Notes under the pieces: model-generated | Seen by the model: the letters and a program-made list of their open reading frames with translations, nothing else | Databases searched by the model: none | Told to the model about the DNA's origin: nothing | Made by a program: the position numbers and the translations under genes | Source: Escherichia phage vB_EcoM-LTH01 | Sequence record: PP430345 | DNA: 64,000 nucleotides | Strand: one strand, 5' to 3' | Shown: positions 46,587-55,023 of the stretch, piece by piece | Position numbering within the stretch: position 1 is the stretch's first letter | Layout: each line of letters begins with the position of its first letter

Positions 46587-46958
46587 ATGACGACAGAGAA
46601 GAAGCCTTTTGACAAGACGGCCTTTGTTTTTAATACGCCAGTTGAAAAACTTGAAGAATGTTTGTTGACATGCAATGAAGAGTTGAGTAGACTGCTCACT
46701 ATTCCGAAACCGGACCCTTGGGTACAGGATCGTATCGACGATCTGTCTTATTGGTTGGGTATTTGGGAGCTACAGCTTCCTGACGCTAAGAGACGGAAGA
46801 TGACAACCGTTCCTATGAGTGCGATAGAAAGAGTCGTGCTTGGGCTGTATGAGAAGCCAGAGGAGCCTAAAAAGGCTTGGACCAAACCGAAAAAGAAAGC
46901 ACCACCAAAGGTGGAAAAGGAGAAGAAACGTGTCACAAAAAAGAAAAAGTCTGTCTGA
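46587..46958 (+). CDS. hypothetical protein with Lys-rich C-terminus
   Basis: ORF track. Confidence 0.45.
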   Translation: MTTEKKPFDKTAFVFNTPVEKLEECLLTCNEELSRLLTIPKPDPWVQDRIDDLSYWLGIWELQLPDAKRRKMTTVPMSAIERVVLGLYEKPEEPKKAWTKPKKKAPPKVEKEKKRVTKKKKSV

Positions 46959-46977
46959 GAAATGGCTTAGTAACGGA

Positions 46978-47331
46978 ATGTCAAACCAGTGGATTGATTC
47001 TGGATTGGCAACCTGCTTGAAAAAGCCAAACAAGACGCTCATCGAAGAAGAACCAAAAGATGAAGTTTTCGAATCTCCGAATGGAAGTGTTTGGATTGTG
47101 GCTGTCGATTACAGTGGACGGGTAACCGTCCTTAAAGCACCAAATATTCATCCTGCATTGCTTGACGAGGGTCCTGAAGCGGAGTATATTGGTCTTCCAC
47201 CTGATTCAGATTCTGGCCCTGGTGTTTACCGTTGGACGTGTAGTTATCATGAAAGTAAGGATCGAGAATCTAATCTTGTGGACGGTTTTGAGTTTCATGT
47301 GGAGAAAGAAGAGGTTCTTTTCTCTGTTTAG
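46978..47331 (+). CDS. hypothetical protein
   Basis: ORF-track frame 46840-47331 trimmed to first ATG past upstream stop. Confidence 0.35.
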   Translation: MSNQWIDSGLATCLKKPNKTLIEEEPKDEVFESPNGSVWIVAVDYSGRVTVLKAPNIHPALLDEGPEAEYIGLPPDSDSGPGVYRWTCSYHESKDRESNLVDGFEFHVEKEEVLFSV

Positions 47332-47340
47332 GAGGAAACA

Positions 47341-47562
47341 ATGAGGATAAGTAAGAAGACTCATCCGTTTTATTTCACCAATGTCTATATGGGTGGGGAA
47401 CTGAAGAAATCCAGCTTTGATGCTTGGTATCGAGGGATCAAAGCATTCGCATTTCTCCGTCGGAACATTGGTGGCATCATTAAAAAGAATGATCAGTTCT
47501 TTAAAGAGAATCCTGATTATGTTGAAGGTGCTCTTTGTGGAAAACTAAAGGAGACTAAATGA
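47341..47562 (+). CDS. hypothetical protein
   Basis: ORF track; GGAGG RBS. Confidence 0.45.
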   Translation: MRISKKTHPFYFTNVYMGGELKKSSFDAWYRGIKAFAFLRRNIGGIIKKNDQFFKENPDYVEGALCGKLKETK

Positions 47563-47894
47563 AATATCGGTTCAATGGCTACAAAACTAAATTTACCTCT
47601 CTTAAGTTTGTTGTTGGTAAGGTATATGATTTCAAAGATCGAGTTTTTGAAGTTGCTAATGAAGATGGGATCATGCTATCGGGTAGCGACGAGAATGGTA
47701 CAACCGGAGTGATCGTATTTTTTAAGGACTATGATTTCGAAGTTGTTGGGGAGGGAAGTCCTGAGATACGGTATATTGTTAGTGGCAAGAATGTAACTAA
47801 AGAGGTCTTTGAAGAGGTTAAAAAATCCCTAGAAGATCTTGACAAGATTGGGTTTGGTCTGGCAAAATACACATTAGAAATCAAAGCAAACTAA
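47559..47894 (+). CDS. hypothetical protein
   Basis: ORF track; ATGA overlap. Confidence 0.45.
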   Translation: MKYRFNGYKTKFTSLKFVVGKVYDFKDRVFEVANEDGIMLSGSDENGTTGVIVFFKDYDFEVVGEGSPEIRYIVSGKNVTKEVFEEVKKSLEDLDKIGFGLAKYTLEIKAN

Positions 47895-47900
47895 GGAGAA

Positions 47901-49271
47901 GTGATGAGCGTAACTAAGATTATCGAACAACTGGCAGCAACCGGATCAACAAAAGAAAAAGAAGCGATCTTACGTAGTCATGCGGATAACGATGGCCTGC
48001 GTGAAGTATTTCGGGTAGCATATAGCAAAGAGTTAAACTTCTTTGTTCGCAGTTTTAAGGTTGATCCTGCAACTTTCCACCAAGGAAGCCGTAATCTGCA
48101 AGAGAGTATTGATCTTATCGTCAACGATGTTGCAAGCCGTATGTACACTGGGCATGAAGCTCGTGATGTTCTCACGAATGCCGTTCAACTGTGTGAAGAA
48201 CCCGAAACCCTGATAAAGATCATCAACCGCGATCTTGAGTGTGGTATCCAGACAACTCTGACCAACAAGGTTTGGAAGGACCTGATTACAGAGCCTCCTT
48301 ACCAGAGCTATACTCTTTTCAAAGAGGATCTCCTTCGTAATTTCAACTATGAGGGTGCTTTCTCCGACGAGAAGATGGACGGACTTTATGCAGACATTAT
48401 GGTTTGGCCTGAGCAGGTCATTTATCGTTCACGATCAGGGAAAGAGCTTAATTTCCGGTGTATTACTTCACTTGAGCAAAACCTGAAAGAAAAAGCCAAT
48501 TCTGATGGTCCTTTTGTTATGCACGGGGAAGGTTTAGTTATTGACCTGTCATACCCGCACGGGGTTCAACCACGAGAGATCGGTAACGGATATCTTAACC
48601 AAGATCCTGAAAACATTGATCCTAATCTGGTACGTTTGGTTGTTTGGGATGTTGTTTCTATGGACGAGTATATCGCACGTAAATCCAAGAAAAAATATAA
48701 AGACCGTCGTAAGCAGGTTGAAAATATTGTCAACTATGTTGATGAGTCTTCTCATTTCCAGATGATCCGTGGTCGTCAGATAGGCAGTCTTAAAGAGGCT
48801 ATTGACCACTTTATCGAAATGCGTTTGCAGAAGAAAGAGGGTACGGTTCTTAAAGAAGCGAATATGCCTTGGGGAGATAACAAGACTAAGAAAGGGATCA
48901 AACTTAAAAATGAGTTCGATGTTGATCTTGAGGTTGTGGCGACAACGCCTCACAAGAAGAAGCCTGGGCTTATTGGATCTCTGGTCTGCCGGACTCGTGA
49001 TGGACTTCTTGAAGTTGGTGCTGGGTCTGGACTTACTGATGCGCTTCGTAAAAAGCCGAGTGAGTATTTCATTGGGCAGATTATTACGATCAAGGCTAAT
49101 GACATTACTGATGCGGAGAATAAAGATCTGAAATCGCTGTTTTTGCCACGTTTAAATTATAAGTTTGTTGAACTTCGCTTTGATAAGAGCGTAGCCAACA
49201 GCCTGGAAGAAGTGATCGAAGCATCGAACTCTCTTCTGGATCTTCTTCGTAAAATTGCAGAGGAGGTTTAA
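47901..49271 (+). CDS. ATP-dependent DNA ligase
   Basis: Adenylation motif I KxDG present as EKMDGLYADI; 456 aa; AAGGAGAAG RBS. Confidence 0.65.
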   Translation: MMSVTKIIEQLAATGSTKEKEAILRSHADNDGLREVFRVAYSKELNFFVRSFKVDPATFHQGSRNLQESIDLIVNDVASRMYTGHEARDVLTNAVQLCEEPETLIKIINRDLECGIQTTLTNKVWKDLITEPPYQSYTLFKEDLLRNFNYEGAFSDEKMDGLYADIMVWPEQVIYRSRSGKELNFRCITSLEQNLKEKANSDGPFVMHGEGLVIDLSYPHGVQPREIGNGYLNQDPENIDPNLVRLVVWDVVSMDEYIARKSKKKYKDRRKQVENIVNYVDESSHFQMIRGRQIGSLKEAIDHFIEMRLQKKEGTVLKEANMPWGDNKTKKGIKLKNEFDVDLEVVATTPHKKKPGLIGSLVCRTRDGLLEVGAGSGLTDALRKKPSEYFIGQIITIKANDITDAENKDLKSLFLPRLNYKFVELRFDKSVANSLEEVIEASNSLLDLLRKIAEEV

Positions 49272-49273
49272 TA

Positions 49274-49735
49274 GTGGAAGCTTTAATTATCGCTGTTGTG
49301 GGGATTACACTTTACCTTTCCGTAATTTTGGGCGTTCCCGTGTTGCTTACTCGTAAGCCAGCAGGTAAGATCTTGAAGTTGATTCGTGAAGGATCTTCTC
49401 GGTTTGAGGTACATTCTGGAGTTTTTGTTCCTGAGGGCCATGAAGATCCTTGTGAGGATAATGATGATCTTTGGTATGTTGATTATACAATTGTTGATAC
49501 GGTCACAGGTAAGGTTACTTACATTGAAAAGGTTTGTGGTATTATCTCCGATAGCCTTTTCGTAAATGGCGATCTGTTCTGGATGAATGATTATGAAGGT
49601 ACACGACTTTACCACACCTGTCGTCGAATCGTTAAGCGACGTAATAAGGCTTCAAAAAAGGACAAACGATCTAAGTTCGAGATCGAAAAGGATGAAGCAC
49701 GTAAAGTTGCACTAGAAACTTATAAAGACTGTTGA
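49274..49735 (+). CDS. membrane-anchored hypothetical protein
   Basis: N-terminal hydrophobic helix; basic C-terminus. Confidence 0.4.
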   Translation: MEALIIAVVGITLYLSVILGVPVLLTRKPAGKILKLIREGSSRFEVHSGVFVPEGHEDPCEDNDDLWYVDYTIVDTVTGKVTYIEKVCGIISDSLFVNGDLFWMNDYEGTRLYHTCRRIVKRRNKASKKDKRSKFEIEKDEARKVALETYKDC

Positions 49736-49788
49736 CAATGATAAGGGGCCATTATACATGACCCCAAGTTAAACGAAAGGAGATTAAA

Positions 49789-50526
49789 TTGAAATACAAT
49801 GAATTGAGTACTGATCAAAAAACCTTTATTTCCGAGATGATTGATGTTAAGGGCAATAGCTTCTTTCGGGAAGCAGCAGAGCGAGTAAAAAATTGGAATT
49901 TTGTTGCTCGTGGTTTTCATGACTTCTCTGAAGATGTTTCAAAATTCCAAAAAACTCTTGTTATGGAAGAGTACAATGAACTTTATGATCTTGGTTTAAC
50001 TAAAAAGAATCGTAAGGAAATCATAGATGCACTTTGCGACTTGTTTGTAGTTGGATCATATTACAACTTCTTGAAAGGTGGTTCTGAAAACATCTGTCCT
50101 GCTGACAATGTTGGTACGTATAATCTGACTTCGCTTTATCGAACTCTTGATCAATTTATCGAGAGTGACAATACAAACGGGATCGTTATGGCGGTTGTTG
50201 CAATCATGCAGAACTCCAACTTTAATGCTCATCGTGCTTTAAATGAGGTTTTGGATTCAAATGATTCCAAGATCCCAACCGTGAAAGAATTTACAGAAGG
50301 TTTCTACAAGACGTATTACTTTTTTGCAGAAGCTGATTTTGATCTTGATGCCATGATGCGTTTGGAAGCAGAACAGATTGAACTGCGTAACCGTAACCGT
50401 TATCATGGTGTGAAGGGAAGTATCGTAAAAGGTGGTGATGGTATGGATCGAGTAGTATTTAAAGATAAGAACGGCAAGATCATGAAGCCGATCACTTATT
50501 TTGAAGCAAACCTAGAGGGAATGTAA
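49789..50526 (+). CDS. hypothetical protein, possibly MazG-like NTP pyrophosphohydrolase
   Basis: EEYNELYD and EIIDALCDLFVV resemble the EExxE..D motif pair of all-alpha NTP-PPases; weak. Confidence 0.3.
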   Translation: MKYNELSTDQKTFISEMIDVKGNSFFREAAERVKNWNFVARGFHDFSEDVSKFQKTLVMEEYNELYDLGLTKKNRKEIIDALCDLFVVGSYYNFLKGGSENICPADNVGTYNLTSLYRTLDQFIESDNTNGIVMAVVAIMQNSNFNAHRALNEVLDSNDSKIPTVKEFTEGFYKTYYFFAEADFDLDAMMRLEAEQIELRNRNRYHGVKGSIVKGGDGMDRVVFKDKNGKIMKPITYFEANLEGM

Positions 50527-50529
50527 TTA

Positions 50530-50706
50530 ATGCCGTTGTATTCTTACAAATGTGAAAAATGTGGTGAAGTTTTCGATCAAAATAGAAAGATCGCAGAACG
50601 TGAAAATGCTCCTTGCAAGTGTGGAGAGATTGCAGTAAAATGTTTGTCTGCTCCACGAGGAATTAAAAACGGTTATTGTGACCAGGGTAAAATGTTTGTA
50701 CGATAG
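50530..50706 (+). CDS. small zinc-ribbon protein (FmdB-like), 58 aa, absent from ORF track
   Basis: MPLYSYKCEKCGEVF...APCKCGE: two CxxC pairs with typical N-terminus; reading frame checked to TAG at 50704-50706. Confidence 0.5.
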   Translation: MPLYSYKCEKCGEVFDQNRKIAERENAPCKCGEIAVKCLSAPRGIKNGYCDQGKMFVR

Positions 50707-50714
50707 GGGGAATT

Positions 50715-51059
50715 ATGAATCAAGAAAAAGATGTTGAAAAACCTGGCTTACCTGTGTATGATGGTTCTCAGACTAAAATTTCTTTTGATGGTTTAGTTAT
50801 TACGGGTCTTGCAAGTGGTAAAAAATATGCTCGTCGTCCAAACGGTTATCATGAGATCTATGTCAGTGCATTAAGTCCTTTTGTCCGTCAGTTCCAAATT
50901 GGACTAAAAGGTAATTTAACCTTGAAGATCCATACGGGTTATGAAACATTTGCAACGTGTACTTTACCTTGTGAAACTGTAGCTCTGCTTGTGTCAGAGA
51001 TCAGTGATGAAATCCCAGTCTTTCAGGTTGTTTTTAAAGAACTTAAAAATCCTGCTTGA
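50715..51059 (+). CDS. hypothetical protein
   Basis: ORF track; GGGGGA RBS. Confidence 0.45.
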   Translation: MNQEKDVEKPGLPVYDGSQTKISFDGLVITGLASGKKYARRPNGYHEIYVSALSPFVRQFQIGLKGNLTLKIHTGYETFATCTLPCETVALLVSEISDEIPVFQVVFKELKNPA

Positions 51060-51144
51060 CATAAGATATTGAATGGGGTATTCTTACCCCATCGAAGCAA
51101 AGAAGTTAACTTACTATTTAAACATTAAAGAGGAGAAATACAAA

Positions 51145-51456
51145 ATGGCTAAATCTAAAACTGACCTGATCACTACCCTGCCTTCTGACCTGGAAGTTCG
51201 TAAGCGTCTGGCTAACATTGTTCAGGAAGGTGTTGAAGCTGTTCGTCGTCAGAAAGATGCTGCTGAAGATCTGAAAAGCATCCTGGCGATCACTAAAGAA
51301 GACCTGAACATCGACCCTAAATTCCTACGTACCCTGATCAACGGTGAATATGATAAGCAAGATGCAGCAGAGAAGAAACGTGCAGCGCTTGAAAGCCAGA
51401 TTGAACAACTGAACGAACTTGATATCTTGATGGGCCGTGAAGTTGGTGAAGAATAA
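51145..51456 (+). CDS. hypothetical protein (probably highly expressed)
   Basis: ORF-track frame from 51073; ATG 51145 preferred because of strong RBS AAAGAGGAG. Confidence 0.45.
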   Translation: MAKSKTDLITTLPSDLEVRKRLANIVQEGVEAVRRQKDAAEDLKSILAITKEDLNIDPKFLRTLINGEYDKQDAAEKKRAALESQIEQLNELDILMGREVGEE

Positions 51457-51496
51457 TATAAAGTTAATATCTTAAACTTCTATAAGGAGAAATTCT

Positions 51497-51718
51497 GTGA
51501 ATATCAAAGAAGTTAATCCAGGGCAGACAGTTAAGTTCAACCCACTGGGTAATTATGAGGATCGCTATAATTTGTACGGTGTTCAAGTTGGTGATACAGG
51601 TGTTGTTGAATTCGTTGATGAAGAATGTGAATATGTCACTGTTGCATTCACACGTCAGGACGGTGTTATCGTTGATGGTTTCTACGCAGAAGCTGAAGAT
51701 TTAGAACTCGTAGCTTAA
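51497..51718 (+). CDS. hypothetical protein
   Basis: ORF track; AAGGAGA RBS; followed by terminator. Confidence 0.45.
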   Translation: MNIKEVNPGQTVKFNPLGNYEDRYNLYGVQVGDTGVVEFVDEECEYVTVAFTRQDGVIVDGFYAEAEDLELVA

Positions 51719-51726
51719 GTAACGAT

Positions 51727-51750
51727 CGGGCCACATTAGTGTGGCCCTTA
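51727..51750 (+). terminator. intrinsic terminator-like hairpin (GGGCCACA-TTAG-TGTGGCCC)
   Basis: Perfect 8-bp stem followed by TTATAAT. Confidence 0.45.
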
Positions 51751-51781
51751 TAATGAAAAATACAAAAAAGGAGATACAAAT

Positions 51782-52024
51782 ATGAATATTAATTTTAACG
51801 ACGCAACTTACGAAAAACTGAAATACCTGGCTACTCTGGAAGGTCGATCAGTTGCAGCGTATATCTCCCAAAAGATGGATGAGCTTACAGGTCAACTGGT
51901 AAATGTTGAATATTCACTGAATGATATTCCAGAAGGTACGCCTCTTGCTCATATGGATCTAACTCCAAAGCCACGAATCGTAGATCGTGACACTGATGAA
52001 CAAGATGGTTACGCAAATTGGTAA
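51782..52024 (+). CDS. possible ribbon-helix-helix DNA-binding protein
   Basis: N-terminal NDATYEKLKYLATLEGRSVAAYISQKM resembles RHH strand-helix-helix pattern; AAGGAGA RBS. Confidence 0.35.
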   Translation: MNINFNDATYEKLKYLATLEGRSVAAYISQKMDELTGQLVNVEYSLNDIPEGTPLAHMDLTPKPRIVDRDTDEQDGYANW

Positions 52025-52033
52025 AAATTTTTA

Positions 52034-52060
52034 AGCCGCCCTTCGGGGCGGTTTTTCTTT
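52034..52060 (+). terminator. rho-independent terminator (CCGCCC-TTCG-GGGCGG + T-tract)
   Basis: GC stem with TTCG tetraloop followed by TTTTTCTTT. Confidence 0.7.
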
Positions 52061-52069
52061 ATCTATCTC

Positions 52070-52097
52070 TTGACACCTGCCTCCAGTTCTGTATAAT
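52070..52097 (+). promoter_or_regulatory. strong sigma70-consensus promoter (TTGACA-16-TATAAT)
   Basis: Perfect -35 at 52070-52075 and perfect -10 at 52092-52097, directly after terminator. Confidence 0.6.
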
Positions 52098-52126
52098 ACC
52101 TATATCAACCAACAACAGGAGATAAA

Positions 52127-52315
52127 ATGAATATTAAACTTACAAAAGAAATGATTGCCGTGTTTATGCAAATTTCGTCAGTTCGTGATGGGATGAGTAA
52201 AGAATCTAAGAGTATTAAGTTACCTGAAGTTGACTCTCTCGTAACACTTCTTGAAAATGTTGGAGCACTTATTCTTCGTGAAATGACCAAGCAAGATTCT
52301 ACTACAGAGGGGTGA
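52127..52315 (+). CDS. hypothetical protein
   Basis: ORF track; AGGAGA RBS. Confidence 0.45.
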   Translation: MNIKLTKEMIAVFMQISSVRDGMSKESKSIKLPEVDSLVTLLENVGALILREMTKQDSTTEG

Positions 52316-52319
52316 TCAA

Positions 52320-52784
52320 TTGAAAACTTTTAAAGAACGTATGGAATTGTTAGATAAAGCTTTGTCTCGTGAAACTCCAGAGAGTTTGTTTGAAAAACTA
52401 CAGTCATACGGAAATGCTGATTACTCTTTCGAAGATATGATGGATGAGATTCCTGAGATCTGTTGGCAAACATGTTATTGGAATAACGATCAAAAAGTTC
52501 AACGTACTATTGTATGTGCAGCTAATCGGTTTAAATTGAAAGATGGTGGAACTCTGATTATCCCTGGATCTCGTCATTACTCTAAGGATATGGCAGAAGT
52601 GCTTGATGTGGTGGGGCCACAATTAGTATCTCAGCAAGTTTGTGGAGACGATCAAGGCTTTATCGACCAATACGGTAATTATTGGAATCGTGAAGAAGCA
52701 ATGATTATTGCAACTTATGCCGGACAGGTACGTATCGAACGTGGTGGAAGTGAGAAAGAACTTTACTCGGAGGACCTTTACTGA
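52320..52784 (+). CDS. hypothetical protein (TTG start)
   Basis: ORF track; GAGGGG RBS. Confidence 0.4.
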   Translation: MKTFKERMELLDKALSRETPESLFEKLQSYGNADYSFEDMMDEIPEICWQTCYWNNDQKVQRTIVCAANRFKLKDGGTLIIPGSRHYSKDMAEVLDVVGPQLVSQQVCGDDQGFIDQYGNYWNREEAMIIATYAGQVRIERGGSEKELYSEDLY

Positions 52785-53056
52785 TGAACACTAAACAGCT
52801 TACTATTGAAGCTTTGCAGCTTAAGATAAAACAAATCGAGTATCTTAACCAGATGATGAAAGAGGGTTGGGGTACGTATACTAATCAGCCTGCCTGGGAG
52901 GCTTTAGGTCATCCATACCTGAACGATGCTTGTAATGGTAATATTCCTCGTGATGGGTTGAAACCTTTCTTACGGGATATGTACATTAAGGTTAACGAAG
53001 AGATCATTGATTCCCTTTACTATCAGATCAGGAAACTCGAAAATGAGAGTAATTGA
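52784..53056 (+). CDS. hypothetical protein
   Basis: ORF track; ATG overlaps upstream stop. Confidence 0.45.
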   Translation: MNTKQLTIEALQLKIKQIEYLNQMMKEGWGTYTNQPAWEALGHPYLNDACNGNIPRDGLKPFLRDMYIKVNEEIIDSLYYQIRKLENESN

Positions 53057-53243
53057 TTCTAAAAGTGATTATTTCAATTCTTTAAATGATAAGGACAAGA
53101 CTAAGATTCGTCACTTCATCGTAGAGATGGGATACACCAACTCTGAAGATTTGAAAGAGCATATTCTCGAATGTTACGTAGCTAAGAAATTTTCTTTGAC
53201 AAGTAAGTGTTTAAATGAGATTATACAGCACTACACGGCTTAA
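53043..53243 (+). CDS. hypothetical protein
   Basis: ORF-track frame 53007-53243 trimmed to ATG 53043. Confidence 0.35.
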   Translation: MRVIDSKSDYFNSLNDKDKTKIRHFIVEMGYTNSEDLKEHILECYVAKKFSLTSKCLNEIIQHYTA

Positions 53244-53256
53244 GGGGGATAGTTGA

Positions 53257-53589
53257 ATGGGTAAATTAGTTGTTTTGGAAGTTCGGGCAGCAGACTTAGC
53301 AAAGGCAGTTGGTTTCTTTAAATTTGAAGATTCTGAATTTCGTGAGCGATGGGGACTTAACTTACCATCCAAAATCTGTGGTCTTTTTAAGGCAAGTCAG
53401 ATCGAAGACCTGATTATTAAAAAGATTGTTAATCTTGATGGTGTGGAATTTAATAATATTGTCGTTTTCGACGAAGACTTTGATTGGTCTGCCTATTGCA
53501 GCCTTTCAGATTGGATTGCTAAATTCCCGATGGCAGAAAACTGTTCTGTTTCAATTCCTGGATCTTTACTGGAGATTGTGAATGTATAA
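53257..53589 (+). CDS. hypothetical protein
   Basis: ORF track; GGGGGA RBS. Confidence 0.45.
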   Translation: MGKLVVLEVRAADLAKAVGFFKFEDSEFRERWGLNLPSKICGLFKASQIEDLIIKKIVNLDGVEFNNIVVFDEDFDWSAYCSLSDWIAKFPMAENCSVSIPGSLLEIVNV

Positions 53590-53818
53590 TCAAGATATCG
53601 AAACGATTAAAGAAAGGCTTAAGTTGATGACAGCTTCGCCCAATGTAACGACTAAGGATGTTGATCTTATTCGTCAAACACTTCATGTAATAAATTCATT
53701 AGAAGAGGAGATCAAGTCTCTCAATGTTGATGTAGGTTGTTACAAACATGCTTATGTTGCGTTTGCTGACATTACGAAGATTATGGCTCGGGAGTTAGAA
53801 AAATCGAAACATTCTTAG
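53582..53818 (+). CDS. hypothetical protein
   Basis: ORF track; overlaps upstream by 8 nt. Confidence 0.4.
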   Translation: MYNQDIETIKERLKLMTASPNVTTKDVDLIRQTLHVINSLEEEIKSLNVDVGCYKHAYVAFADITKIMARELEKSKHS

Positions 53819-53954
53819 GGGTTATCGTTTTAATACTGGCATTCTACCTCTTCACAAGAGCGTGCTGGATTGGATTTTTCAGTACGCCTGACGGATTACT
53901 TTCGGTAGTGCTATTCTTGATTTCAATATCTGCATTGGATCTATAGGAGTTTTT

Positions 53955-54506
53955 ATGCGAGTCACTGATAAACATGTGTTCTTTTATTCTTATCGCGATG
54001 TTTTTAGTAATCATTACCAGGAGATCTCTCCATTCTCAAACTTCGACCAGAAGATGAAGGGGGTTTATTTCCACACTGGTGAGCATTACATGATGTATGA
54101 AAAGGCTATGCTTTTCGGTGACAAAGCTTCAGCGGAAAGGATCATTAAGGCCGTAACGCCGCAAGGTGCTAAAACGCTCGGTCGTAAGGTAAAGAATTTT
54201 GATCAGGCAGTTTGGGATGAAAATAAATTTAACATTGTGACCCGTTTAGTGTATAGTCGTATGTGTGATAATGGTAATCTCCGTGAACTTGCGGTAGGTT
54301 ACCGTAAAAAGGGTTTGAAGTTTGTAGAAGCCTCGCCGAGAGATCGTATATGGGGGATCGGTATGGACGAGAATCATCCTATGGTAGATGATGAAAGTTT
54401 CTGGTATGGAGAGAATCTTTTGGGGAAAGCCTGGGACGAAGCAACGGATATGATTATCGATGTTTCGGAAGCTATGAATATGATTGGTAAATGTGAGGCA
54501 TACTAA
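53955..54506 (+). CDS. NADAR-family (YbiA-like) hydrolase; candidate DNA ADP-ribosylation reversal enzyme
   Basis: N-terminal FFYSYRDVFSNHY, HYMMYEKAMLFGD, GRKVKNFDQAVWDE and ASPRDRIWGIGMDE match the conserved blocks of NADAR/DUF1768 as I recall them. Confidence 0.65.
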   Translation: MRVTDKHVFFYSYRDVFSNHYQEISPFSNFDQKMKGVYFHTGEHYMMYEKAMLFGDKASAERIIKAVTPQGAKTLGRKVKNFDQAVWDENKFNIVTRLVYSRMCDNGNLRELAVGYRKKGLKFVEASPRDRIWGIGMDENHPMVDDESFWYGENLLGKAWDEATDMIIDVSEAMNMIGKCEAY

Positions 54507-55010
54507 ATGAAATTAACTATCGAATTAATCCCAAGCACAGCTTGGGACAACAACCTTCGGTCTTACCTTACCCAATCTGGTTGGGACAAAGTTCGTCGAA
54601 AGTGCTATCAAGAAGCAAACTACCACTGTGAGGTTTGTGGAGGTCAAGGTGGAAATGGACGTAAGCATCCATGTGAAGCTCACGAGGTATGGGACTTTGT
54701 TGATGGGGAAGTTGTGTTAAGGGGTGTGATCGCTTTATGTCCTCCTTGCCACGAAGTAAAACATATCGGTCGTGCTCAAGCGACTGGTAACATGACTCGT
54801 GCAATACGACACTTTATGAAAGTTAACGGTGTTGACAAGAAGGCTGCTGAAGAATACATTAGGCAAGCTGCGGCATTGTGGCGAGAAAGAAGTAAGCAAG
54901 AGTGGTCTTTGAATATCGATTATCTGTATGAATACATGGGTAAAGATTTCAAATTCAAGCGACCAGTAAAAGAAGTTAAAGAAGACGAAGATTACGGCGA
55001 AGCATTTTAA
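54507..55010 (+). CDS. HNH-family endonuclease-like protein (possible free-standing homing endonuclease)
   Basis: CEVCG...H...AHEVWDF...CPPCHEVKH has the Cys-pair/His spacing of HNH nucleases; ATGA overlap with NADAR gene. Confidence 0.45.
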   Translation: MKLTIELIPSTAWDNNLRSYLTQSGWDKVRRKCYQEANYHCEVCGGQGGNGRKHPCEAHEVWDFVDGEVVLRGVIALCPPCHEVKHIGRAQATGNMTRAIRHFMKVNGVDKKAAEEYIRQAAALWRERSKQEWSLNIDYLYEYMGKDFKFKRPVKEVKEDEDYGEAF

Positions 55011-55023
55011 TAAGGAGAGGTCT

